From Plasmodiophora brassicae (Eukaryota), in assembly GCA_036867785.1 (NCBI GenBank), contig CP145410.1, positions 868,001 to 932,000 of the forward strand: a stretch of DNA of 64,000 bases, read 5' to 3'. The notes beneath the pieces are model-generated. The model was not told the DNA's origin, did not search any database, and saw only the letters and a list, made by a program, of their open reading frames with translations. The translations under genes were made by a program, and so were the position numbers. Shown piece after piece: positions 13,529 through 25,300 of the stretch; within the stretch, counting starts at the first letter, position 1, and each line of letters starts with the position of its first letter.

Positions 13529-13864
13529 CTGATCCGGTCGACATCGACCGCGCCCGACCTGGTCCGATCGGCGTCGAACGCCCCCGACCTGCGCCGCACC
13601 GTGTCGAGCATGCCCGACTTCGACCGGCCGACCTCGATCGCACCCGACCTGCTCCGGTCCACGTCGAACGCGCCCGACCTGCTCCGGTCCACGTCGAACG
13701 CGCCCGATCTGGTGCGCACCGTGTCCAGCGATGTGGGCAGCGGCACGTCGTCGCCGACGGCGCCCGACGTCCTGCGCCTGGTGTCGGCCGGGTCCGACGA
13801 CCTCGGCGCGCAGGCGGCACCGTCGTCGTCGGACGCAGGCCCCCGGCGCCCCAAACAGAAATGA
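7999..13864 (+). CDS. Four-domain voltage-gated cation channel alpha subunit (Cav/Nav-like), multi-exon
   Basis: Four S4 segments (VRLLRLLRALR, LRSFRLLRLMR, SRALRAMRPLR, TRVFRVLRLFR) and four pore loops (TGEGW, TSSNW, SWEGW, TGEGW). III-IV linker ITDAQKRW and S6 NLFIAIL. Start codon uncertain (7999, 8028 or 8221). Confidence 0.93.
13531..13730 (+). repeat. Coding tandem repeat with a 30-bp/10-aa unit (PDLxRSxSxA) in the channel C-tail
   Basis: About 6 units: PDLVRSASNA PDLRRTVSSM PDFDRPTSIA PDLLRSTSNA PDLLRSTSNA PDLVRTVSS. Confidence 0.9.
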
Positions 13865-14089
13865 CAGTTACTAATCGGCGACGACCTCCTCCTACACCCT
13901 CCCCAGCCGTGCCCCCCCCCCCCCCCCTGCATAAACCTATACGATATATATGTATATAGTCATGAGGCGCGCGTACGACAACCTCTCACGCGTCGGGGCT
14001 CGGTTCGATGATGTCGTCGTCTGCATCACGGGCAGCGGGGGCCTGGACACGCCGGCAGTCTGCACGACCACGACGACGAACGGTCAGTG

Positions 14090-16052
14090 TCACCCAGCGA
14101 TCCACAGGCGGCATCCATGGGGGGGCGTACGGTCGGACAGCAGGCGGGTGAGGCGCTGCGTGCTCTGCCGGTCGAGGCAGAAGACCTTGGCGAAGTTGCC
14201 GGCCAGGACGGTCGGCTTCGAGTCCGGGTAGATGGCGATCCGCCCGGTCCGATGGCTGCCGACGCCGACGTCGACGTAGAGCAGCGGGTCGGCGCGCGTC
14301 CTCGACGGGATCAGCCGCCGCCGGAACTGCTCGTCCTCCGCCTGGATCGCTCTGGGCGACCGGGCCGGCAGACCGCGTTCGGCGCGCCGCCGTGCGACCC
14401 GCTCGCGATGATCGTATCGCTCGACGAACTGCTGGCCCAGGCCGCCCAGCTCGTCCTGCTGGCGCAGGCGTTGCCGGTACGCGCGCTGCGTCCGCTCGAC
14501 GGCGTCGTCGTACCCGCGCGGCAGCGGGCGCTCCTCGACGACGTCGGCCGGGATCGGTTTCATATGGAATGCGGCGTGCCCTGGTTCGCGTTCGTCGGAG
14601 CCGGCGACGTCTCCGGCGGTGTTGTTCGCCGGGTCTCGTCGGTTCCGGACGAGGCGGACGCCCTGGCGGTACAGCTGGTCGAACCGGGTGCGCGTGTCGC
14701 GTTGCATGTGCAGGACGACACGCGGGCGACCCGGCGGCGCCGTCTCCGGCCGGAACGTGCAATCCCTCAGCGCCGTCTCGTGCACCCGTAACCGCTCAGC
14801 GTCACGCCGAGCGCGGATCGCACGAGCCTCTTCCTGAAGTTGCACGGTGAATCGTCGTCGGCCGCTTTCCCGACGACGACGGGCCAGGCGTGCCGAATAC
14901 GGCAGCACAGTGGGCCGGTAATGGAACTCGCCGTCGTCGTCGTCGTCGTCGTCATCAGCGTCGTTGCCACCTTCCGATGCGGTCGCGTCTCGCCGCACGA
15001 TCGCCTGCGTCAGGCGCGTCGTCGTTGCCGAGTGTACGAGTTCGTGACCGACAGGGAAGAAGTACGGGTTCAGCGGTCGGTCGAACACGGGCGACACTGG
15101 GCCGCTGTCACCTACAGCTGTACAGGGCAGCATCAATCAGCAGGCGCCATTCCCCCGTCTATGCACGATACGTACGTAGGACGTTTGGAGGCACCTGGGA
15201 CGCCAACGATACGAGCTGCGCAACCACAGGGTGGGGTGGTGGTGCCTCGGCAGACGTGGACGACGCCCGCTGCTCCATGATGGACAGGAGCGCAGGGAAC
15301 ATGATTAAGACTAGGTATCGATACAAAGGGACGAACGCGACCTTGTCGTCGACCCTCATGCCAGGGTTGGTGCTCTCCAGACGGAGAATGCCCCAGAACT
15401 TGTCGACAGCAGCATGGGTTCGCCTATGGCGACTTTCGGTGTGCCCAGCCCCAGGAGCGTACGCCGCACGGGGAACGATGCCCAGAGCGACCAGGACGTT
15501 CTGGAGCGTGTCCTTGTCGATGCGACCGGTCCGTTGCCGATCATGGGACAGGAACGTCCGGGCAATGTCGCGCCGTACCTTCCTGAGGACAAGGGTCTTC
15601 GAAGGTGTGCCGAACGCGCTTCGCGTGCTCTGTTTCTGCAGGTCGGCGTCGAACCGCGCCCGGCGCTCATCCAGGCGCCGACGAATCTCTCCCGCGTCCG
15701 CATAGAGGACCTCGTCGACAGATCGAGTGGCGTCACGTGATGACCGTCGCCGCCCGGTGAACCGCGTCTTGACATGGCGCTCTTCCTCGGCCATACTAAA
15801 CAGGATCGAAGCGTGCTTGGTCAGCGACGTCGTTGCATCGTCATCCCCCTGGCTGAGTTGCCGTCCGCTACCGGCCCTGGACAGCATGCTCGGGCGTCTG
15901 GACAACGACGCCTTGTGCATATGGTGTAGGGCACGCCGTTCCTGATTCGTCCACAACGAAAACGAGGACACGGCGCCGTCGCTGTGGACAGCGCTCTCGT
16001 GATCCGCGTCGTGGTCGGTAGGACGTTGCGCATGTTCAGGAGCGGGTTCCAT
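14090..16052 (-). CDS. Hypothetical coiled-coil protein with an EF-hand-like segment and a conserved-looking C-terminal domain
   Basis: ORFs 15159-16121 and 14090-15136 are joined by a GTACGT..CTGAT..CAG intron (~15118-15175). Motifs FLSHDRQRTGRIDKDTL, CTFRPET and PLLYVDVGVG..RIAIY..LAGNFAK. Confidence 0.6.
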
Positions 16053-16272
16053 CGCCCGGCCGCGACGCGCAGCCGGACCTTGCCGGCGGCTTAGCCGTAT
16101 GAACGACGACCCTGTAGGCAAGCGGCACAGTAGTAGTACACGACCGCGATCGAGCAGACGACGTAAACCCAGGCGGTCTAAACGTACGACCGACTCCCGA
16201 ATCGCGAGGGGGGCCGTGATGGCATATCGGGGCGACGAACGTCAGACGCGACAGCATGCGGCGACGTTTAAC

Positions 16273-17241
16273 TCATGACTGTTCATTCCGATCGGGCGGC
16301 TCGCGTGTTCCCGACACACCTAGATGGAGCAACTCCAGATACCGCACGAGCAGCGACGCTGGGTCGTCATCTGGCGTCGTAGGCTCACCGGGATGCTGAT
16401 AGTAACGAAGCGACCGCAGATACAGCAGCTCGTCGATCGAGCGTTCCAGCGTGTCGATTTCCGACGCGAGCGGAGCATACAAGTTCGTGGTCCGCATCTG
16501 AACGCGCATGGCGAATGCAAACAGAACGGCGACAGCGGCGACGACGATTGCCACCTTGATCAGGTCCACAGTTTGGATTGACGACTTGGACGACAGCGCG
16601 TCGTCAGCACTGTTCATCCACGTCACCGTCGTGTCGGACCCGGCCCCGTCGCCCGACACAGACAGGGCGGCATGGCTGTTCTTGCTCCAGAGTAGGCGCT
16701 GCAGACGCCCCGCCAGCCGAGAGTCGATGACCATACTGGACCCACTGCGTTCGTCGTCATCACCGCTCTGGGGCATGGCTAGATCGCTGCGAGGTGCATC
16801 GTTCGGGTGAGGCCGATCGAAATGCAGGCACGCCTGATCGCCACAGAACAAGGCGATTTCCGACGGCGTCCACAGGACGCAAACGTGCATGGAGAATGAT
16901 TTCGATGCAAGTTCAGCGACATCGAACGGGGCGGTTCGATCCAATCCTCCTCTGCATTCAACAACGAGTCAAGGCCCATCGAGCAGTGCCCCAGCATGCA
17001 CAGACAGGTATGGCGAGCGGAACTCGAGCCGGTCGCCGTAGATGCGCAGTGCGAATTCGCCGACGACCTCGACCGACAGGGGCGCCTCGATCCCGCCCTT
17101 GGACCGGAACCGGATCGACAGGCGCGCCGTGTCGTGTCGGCCGATCGACAACGCGGCGACCGTCGGCGAGCAACGCACGACAATGGGCGACCCTGGCGCC
17201 GCCCTAAACAGCGTCTGCCGCTCCACAGCCTGCAGGCCCAT
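16273..17241 (-). CDS. Hypothetical single-pass membrane protein
   Basis: Two ORFs are joined by a probable intron (~16955-17000). One hydrophobic helix LIKVAIVVAAVAVLFAFAM is followed by a coiled coil. Confidence 0.5.
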
Positions 17242-17494
17242 GAGCGCCACGGACTGCCTTCTGCCGACTGCGAACTGCAACCGTTCTTCTGGCGACGGTG
17301 AACTGCAAACTCAACGATTCGTCTGGCCACTGGCTAACTGCAACGTGTTACGGAGGTGCGCCCGGTCCACGAAAATGATTCCGGCGCCCCCGCCCGATGC
17401 ATTCCCGTTACGATGCGCGGTTCGGTGGCCGGGTCCGCCCGGTACGATCGATATCGTGTTAGGCCTAGTAAGGTAGTCCGTCCGTCAGCGCTCG

Positions 17495-20203
17495 ATGGAT
17501 CGACGGGAATCGTTGGACCAGGCGGCACCTCTGCCGGGGATACCATCGGATTCGCATGCGGGCAGGAGAGAGAAGGCGGGCGCAGCTGCAGACTCGGGGG
17601 CCGCTAATCGTTTAGCGGGACGGTTGTCGGCATCTGGTGGTGCGGCGACGTTGACGCGCCAGGCGTCGTCGTTGGGCACCTCACGCGTCCAGATCGACAG
17701 GAATGTGCAGAAACGGCATTCAGGCGCCCCGATCCGCCAAATCTCCATTAGCAAGCGCCTCAGCATGTACATCGTGAATCGGGGATGTACACCTATTGTC
17801 GAACACTCACCGTTGGCTGCAGGCAGCTGGGCCTGTCTCATGAAGATCCACAGCAGCTGCTGAGCAAGCTTGAGCATCGCAGTCAGGTCGAGCAAAGAGA
17901 ACGGGAGCGGGAGGCTCGCATGACCTGGATACGGATGGTGGGAATCTTTGTCCTGTTCCCCGTTATCCTGATCGTTCTGTTCGCGATCGGGTTCGCCATC
18001 GAATCGGCCCCGTCCATACGCGAGATTCGCCCGGTCCAAGCAACCGTGTCCGATTTCTTCTACTCCCTGGTCGCTGGCGACAGCGAATACAGCCATTTCG
18101 TCCTCGAAACCGTCGTAGTCAGCATCTTTACAATCATCGGGGTCGTGTTCCAAATCACAGCCGTCCTTCTCGAATACGCCACGTCACAATGCTCGTCGAA
18201 CGTCCTGGAAATCGTCGGCGGTGACATTCGGTTCTACGCCCCCGTCCTCATCTGGCTGAATACCGGTATGTACCATGTCGTTGAACGGCGCCCATACAAG
18301 CCATTGACCATGCATTAAGCAACATATGCAACGGCGTTGCAGTTTGGCATTGGGCCAACCTTCTCTGGAGCGGGGCACATGTGCGTTCTCCTACCATTGT
18401 TCATCATATCCGTCATCATGTCAGACGCTGGCTGGCTCCCCAAACGGACCCATGGACTCAGCGACGAACGTGTTCCAATGGCAGGCTTCCTTTCTATTTC
18501 GTGTTTCTGATGCACAATCTGAGGCCCGGACGAATTACGAACAAGCTCGTCTCCATGGCGGTCGATATCAGCACGCAGCCGACGTCCAGGTGACACGCGT
18601 GGGCCGGAAAACCGTGCAGGATACTGACAGACTGGCAAAGATGGATTCGTGGGTCATCTCGACTGTCCATGCAGACCGACGAGGCTAATGTCTATGCCCG
18701 GCAGGCGACACTGATCCGCCTCCTCGAGGCCCTGTATGCGAAAGATCGCGAATGCTCAGTGGCCGCCAATCTGACCCGCACGGTTGAACAGCGGCAGCAT
18801 TGGCCTGAAAGCCATTCAGCGTAACGACAAGCACGTCGCGTACCATGCCGTTGAGGCCCTGCGCATCTTCACAGTGGTCTATGGCGAGAGCAAGAGCAAG
18901 TGGCAAGGGTCAGTTGGCGTGCTCTTGCATGGCACCTGAGAACGAACGTGCTAATTGTAGCCGCATTCAGGTACTGGTGGGTGTTCCCCGATAGGGAAAG
19001 CCCGGATTCGTTCAGTCTGTCAGATGAACTGGTGAGCTCCATTGAGGAAGATCGAGTCTGGGTCGAATGGAAAGTCCTGCGACAACTTCAACCCCTGTTC
19101 CGGTTCGCTCTGGTCCCGATGCGAGATTTGTGCTTTGTAGGACCGTATTGATAAGGTGGCAATGCTTCGCTAATTGGCACCGGACAAGGTTATTGCTGTT
19201 AACACGAGGAAGATCGCAGAGCCCGCTGCTGAAAGGTTAACACAGTCGAGCAGTTGTTGGCCGTCGCCTTTATCTCTGAGCACTCTCAGCAGAGGAGACT
19301 TCAGCGTCGTCGACAAGTGCATCAAATTCATGAACACGTACGTTCGCCTCCTGATCAATGCCCGCGACGCGGGCACCCTGTTCTGCATCCTCCTGCAATA
19401 CCGTTTGCTGATCACCAACCTAATTACGTTTCATGCCGCTGCCACAAACGGAACCGTGACGCCGGACACACATCGGGTCAGCGAAGTCGGCGTGTCTCAG
19501 TTTGAAGCTAGGATCGTCAAAGCCACTCAGTAAGTATTAAGCCCAGCTGGCACCGGCCACACGCTCAACTGTCCCTGCGTGTCAATCAGGTTCTTACTGT
19601 ACTATTCGGATGTGTGCACGTCCAGTGGCATGGCGTTCTTGGTGCAAGTCATTGCACAAGACATGGCGGAAATCGTCGTGGCTGCTTCAAGAGCAAACTT
19701 CTCGAGTACGATGCAACTGCTGGTCGGTGGGCCATGCCTGCGATAGATACCATCAGTGGAATGACGAGTGACCAGGATGCGCTTCTGCAATGTGGAACGA
19801 AGGACGATATGGCAGTGTGCGCAGCTCAGATTCGCTTAGCCTGCAGATTGCACAGTTCGCCGCGCTCTGCGGCTCTCGTGCAGAAGATCACAGAATTCTT
19901 AACAAGGCATTCGACCGAGGCCCTAGGAAAGGCCATTGCGAAGATGCAGTCTGTAACCGACAAAGGTACATGGACAGCAGATTTTAGACGACGCCATAGC
20001 TTACTGACTGGGCGCTCGCAAAGACTTCTGGGAAATCAATGATCGGCAGGAGAATCTGGGTATGCAGGCGTAACGATTGGAAGCATTGGTCTGACAGCGC
20101 GTATCAACTACATTTAGAATTCATGACGCTGGAACTGAAGCAACTTCTGCCAAGCATCGTCCAGCAGATCGAGAACGCTAGAGAGCAAAGACGCACCGAC
20201 TGA
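17495..20203 (+). CDS. Multi-pass membrane protein, DUF2254-like, multi-exon
   Basis: Exons join across GT-AG introns (e.g. 17767-17822). N-terminal TM helices include LLEYATSQCSSNVL. The soluble part has WVEWKVLRQ, KFMNTYVRLLINARD..LLQYRLL and DFWEINDR. Family assignment is from remembered motifs only. Confidence 0.55.
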
Positions 20204-20313
20204 TGAGCAAACGCTTGGGAAGGAGAATGAATCAGTGCTCCCAGCGAAGAAATACAACGTAGCATTTACCACTACACTATCGCGTGTACAACACACGAGC
20301 ATACGATAATGAT

Positions 20314-22185
20314 CTATTGACGATGATGCATCTTGACATAGGAATGGCCGTACATGATCATTAGAAGCGGCTGCCCGAATATGCAAAACACAAGCCAAAA
20401 GGCGACCTGCACAACGTATAAGACCAGGCAGCATCCAGGAACCACAACGCAGACGAACATTTCCCCATATTGGCTGTTTCCACCGTTTGTACACTCTCCC
20501 AGTAATGTATACAAGGGGGACCTGTGCGAATCAGCCAATGCAATGAAGTGGGAAAGCACGGACAAATGGGTACCTGCAGAAGCATACCGAAGAACGTCCA
20601 CGTTTGAATCATGTGGCATGGAACGGAAAAGAACAGCTCATGGACAACCGCTGATAGGAAGAAGGCGATAAATTGAGCAGTGATTGGGGATAAACCGCAG
20701 CGAAGCGCAGGAGCGTAGACATGGCGGAGCATGAAATGACGACTAGCAACAGGGTAACCTTCAACATCGGCATTTGTCACACGAGCAGTCCGAAAGAATT
20801 ACACAGGAAGGTTCCAGGTTCTCCAGTATGCGCCCAACGTGGGAGCGTTCCACCAGTCCCTACCGCATGTAAGACAGATTTCGAGACAGGCGGCGCGAAA
20901 GCATACATGTAAAATAGCCGATCCCCGAATCTTAGAAGCTCGGCAGTGAGATTGAGCGTCGAGTGGAAGAACAAGTAGAAGCCTAGGAGCCATAGCATTG
21001 TACTTGGGATAGCCAGCTTAAGAAGTCGTTCAACCACGCGGACAATGTCACGGTTGTCCATATGGACAAACGAGTGCTCGATAGTAGGAAGGATATACTG
21101 GTGTAGAATCACGAACTCCAACGTGAGAATGAAGACGATCTCACAAATCCGCCGGGCCACAAATGAGGACCTAATTGCTTTTGTTCTTGGATAAACCTCC
21201 TGATAACACAATGTGGGTGCAGCAATGAACCACCACAGGTGGGTAAAACGGGCAGGAGAATGCAGCGTCAGCTTTTCGTTCAAATCGGTAGCCTGGAATC
21301 ACGAATCAACATTGGCAAGCTGGAATTGGACGTCACGAGACTACTGACATGAACATCTCGGAGTCGAGTGGTGCTCGTTCTTGCAACGTGGCGCACGTGC
21401 GCAAAGGATATGAGTTTCAACGCGAAAATCGCCGCCAGGAAAAGCAAGGTGATTCCTGGGAGGATATCGGCGAAAGACAGGTGGACGACAGCAATGGGGA
21501 CAATGCAAAGCAGCGATATCAAAGTTGCATGCAAAGTGCAAGCCAATACGGCCGGCACGAAGGCACTCTGGGCGCCCAATTCGATCAGATACGACAGGCA
21601 TACGAAAAGGGGAAACGATGCCGCACAGATCGTGCACGGCCACCGGTCATACCAGGCACGATAAAACACGTCTGGTCGGGGGACTATCACGATGCCATAC
21701 TTGAGGACATTCTCCATAACCAGCCGGGCATTCATGACAAACAAGACGATGCCGCCAAGCGTGTAGAAACCGCTATACCGAATCACAGAAATCAGTACAG
21801 AAGCGAAACGTATAGTGACATGGTCGTTATCGTACCGAAAGTTCTGATGTTTGAGAGGAGCGTCCATCGACAGCAACGATGGCCGAATTTCAGTGTGAAT
21901 GGCGTCAACGGGCGACAGGTCTTTCGCTGCAACATATGGCTTCGAGCGTTCCGTTGTGGACAGGGCCAATGATGGGTCGTTGATGGCGAGGGACAGCACC
22001 GACCGTTCGTCGCCGAGCGCAAGCCTGAACCGGCGTTGGAACACGGGGACCGATGCAGACCGGCGCAATCCCGGGCGGCGGTTAGTTGACTCCGACGTCG
22101 TCGACGCCGATACGGGGGATTCATCACGACGAGCCCCATCCAAAGCCTTTCGCCCCGGCGTACGGCGATGTGCCAAGGTCGACAT
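20314..22185 (-). CDS. DGAT1: Diacylglycerol O-acyltransferase 1 (MBOAT family), multi-exon
   Basis: ARLVMENVLKYG, LKLISFAH, APTLCYQEVYPRT, LTAELLRFGDRLFY, DWWNA..YWRTWNLPV, catalytic SAVVHE and GQPLLMIMY. Confidence 0.95.
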
Positions 22186-22361
22186 GACGATACCTGGCGT
22201 AAACGGTCCACGGCCTACGGGGTTTGGGTTCGCACCATTGGGGGAGTCGCCGAATCGCACGACAGGATCATTGTAGAGAGGGCGAACGCCTTCAAGTGTA
22301 CACAGTTAGGCACTTTGTATTTATTTGTACAGCCACGTTAAATATACAGGGTTGTCGGGAG

Positions 22362-25300
22362 TCATGACGAGTTCAGCAGGGCGTCGGCTTGCAGCAGACT
22401 CCACCTTGTCTGCAGGGCGTCATCATCGTGATGGTCGCTGGCTAGGTCGCCGAGGTTGCATTTCAGGTCGGCCAGTTGGGCGCGGGCCATGGCGCACGCT
22501 TTCTGGCAATCGTAAACAAGACTCCACAGAGTCGAAGCAGCTAAATGGGAACACTCGTCGCCAGCGCGAATTAGATCGAGAAGAATCGACAGGAGCCGGG
22601 GTTGACCAAGAAGAGTTGGCTTCACACTGCCAAGGAACGCCAAGTTGTGCACGATCATGACGGCTGGTAGTCGCGAACGCGGATTCTGAATTGCGTTTAG
22701 AACAATGTCGAAAAGGTCTGGCAGTACCACTTGAGCGACGCGAGCTTGACCAGCAGGCGTCAGGGCAGCACAACCCAGGAAGCGAAATAACGCTACTTGG
22801 ACGTTGGGCATCTTCTTGAATCGGCAGAGACGGCGAAGACTAGCGCCAGCCGTCTCAATCAGTCCAGCACGAAGGAGGATCGGCAGCGTGTCGACACATC
22901 CAGCAAGCCCTTGGAGGGCCTGCAGCGCCATTATCCGTAACCTGCGTGTCGGAAATCAGATTCCATTTGTTAAGGGCGGTTGTTTGCTTTTACCTTGACC
23001 CCGACGGATGATCATCGACAGCCTTGCGTTCCACAGGCTTACGAGAACCTGCAGCCGATGTGAAAGCCGATACGCCAGTTGCAACTGCAATGAGAGATTT
23101 AACGATGGAGACACGTTTCTGACGTTCTGAGAGGCCCGAAAGAACCAGTTTGGAGAAGTGAGACCTGGCAAGGACGTTTTGGGTGAATGCAATCAGATAA
23201 TATCGCAACATTTGTTCAACGCGCCAGAGCGACGAGAGAAGAGGTCCCAGTCCCATTGTGTCGAACGCGAGCTCTTTAAGCTCATCGCTGCAGTTGTAGA
23301 ACAGCACAGACGCAACGGAAACAGAGGAGCGAAGGTCCGATTCAATTACAAGCGTGTCACCGTTTGTTGCCCTCCGAGCCACCCAAAGAGCGTGCAGCCG
23401 AGAGCACTGCCACAAAACGGTCTTAAACGTCTCATCGCATTTAGTCTTTGGGCAAACAGCCGAAAGCGAGGCAAGCGCTCGGCCAAAGGGACAATTATTG
23501 CATCCGCTGGCAGACGAACCGGTTGCATAATACGACGTCCGGCCCTGCCGGGCAGTGAATAATGACGCCAATTTGCTCATTACTCCAGGGAGGATTTCGA
23601 TATTTGTTGAACTTGCAATCGGAATTGCTGCTCTAGATATGGTGGTGATAAGGTCACAAACGGCGATCTTCACTTGCTCGTCAGTACAGTCCAGGCAATG
23701 TTCAACGTCGACAAGGAATTCCATTGGTAAGCAACCGGGCGATGTAGCGTCACTGGACATTGCTGAAAGAGCAGCAGAAGCATCAACACGTAGGAGGAAG
23801 TCAACAACGAACGGGACCCGGGAATCCTTTTGTCTAGCAACCGTTCGAAATAGGCTTACAATGGCCGCGATCAGGGGTCCGTTACCCCACAACTCGTCAT
23901 TGTCAAGAACTCGGCAGATATCGATTGCCACCAGTGCCCCATCAATGGCAATGGAGCATTGTATACCCTCCCAGACAGTATTAGCGGACTGTGCTAGCCA
24001 GGGCACACTAGTTTGCACGTGCGACACCAAATGACGTCGGATTGTAGCGACATCAATCCGGCGAAGAACATGTGACAAGTTCGCCGCTACAAGGGGCAGT
24101 GCATCCTCGCGCCGGTCAAGAAGCATCTGACGAACGAAACGAAGAATGCTAAGCGAAAACAGCGGGCACGGTGACGACGATCGAAGCAATGCAGGAATCA
24201 GTGACAAATCGGCAGTATCTGGCAAAGCGCTCAAGACAGAAAGAGCTGCTTGTCTAACCACAGGCGCCTGCGACGAATCCGCCGCGTAATGAGCGCACGT
24301 GGAAATGAGATCGGAACCTGCCGGAGCCATTGCCGTCGTATCAGATAGTAACGAAAGGACAGCGATTCCCTGTGCTCGGATCGATGAATTACGATCCGTA
24401 ACCAGCCTCCAAGCCCAGCGCGCCGTGTCACTGTCGCCATCGTCTTCAGGTAGACTGTAGGACGTTATCATGTTCAGGGCAGACTGCAGTCGCAATCGGC
24501 CAACGAACGAGTTGGGAAGTCGGTTGGTGGACAGGAACTGGGAAGCAATGCCGGGCAAGTCGCGTTTGTCGCTAGCAGGCAGCTCGCTGATGGCGTATAC
24601 GGCAAGGTTGATCTGGGAAGTAGACAGTACGGCAGACTTCGACAGCAGCGCAAGCAGTCCGTCCACGAGAGCACGTGCGTTCAACTGAGAACAGTCGGCA
24701 CTGCCTATTAAGCGGAAAAGACAATCCAAGGTCCCCTGAAGCAGAATACCGCTGGTCCCACCATCACTTCGTTCCAGACGATCAAGAGCAACAGGAAGGA
24801 CATTGTTCGCGACCAGATCGACAACGTCGCCATGGGCCCCGATGCAACTGAGGGTATCAAGAACCGCGACAACTGCCTCATCATCATCAGAAGTTGCTGG
24901 TACGGCGCCGTGGAGAAATCTAGCGGTAATTGGGGAATAGTCGGCTTCTGACGCAGCATCCGTCGCACAGCAGGAAACAACAGCATGAAGCGCTCGAGCC
25001 GAAGACGACAAGGCGGACAAGGAACTGCTTCGCGCCATATTAGACAAAAGGCGTTCAATGACCCTGTCAGGATTGACGTTTGACTTATGCCTGCAGTGAT
25101 ACTCGACCATTTCGTACACTACATCATTACGATCACATGAAGAGCCCTCGGGAACGTTCAGCAGAGCAGTAATCCGCACCCGGCAAGAACAAGGCAAAGA
25201 AAATGTCTTAGTAAGGGATATCGGCAGAGCGAATTCAACAGAGTCATCATCGTGACTCCATACTGCACTCTTCTGCAGCCCAAGAGAAGACGGGCGGAAG

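Noticed and set aside
13912-13927. Poly-C tract (G-quadruplex potential)
   Set aside because: A simple homopolymer in a convergent 3' spacer, with no further support for function.
8479-15705. Numerous long antisense or alternative-frame ORFs (e.g. 13057-13959, 14087-14791, 14890-15705)
   Set aside because: These are shadow ORFs expected from high GC3 codon bias over real genes. They are Arg/Pro-rich and lack motifs.
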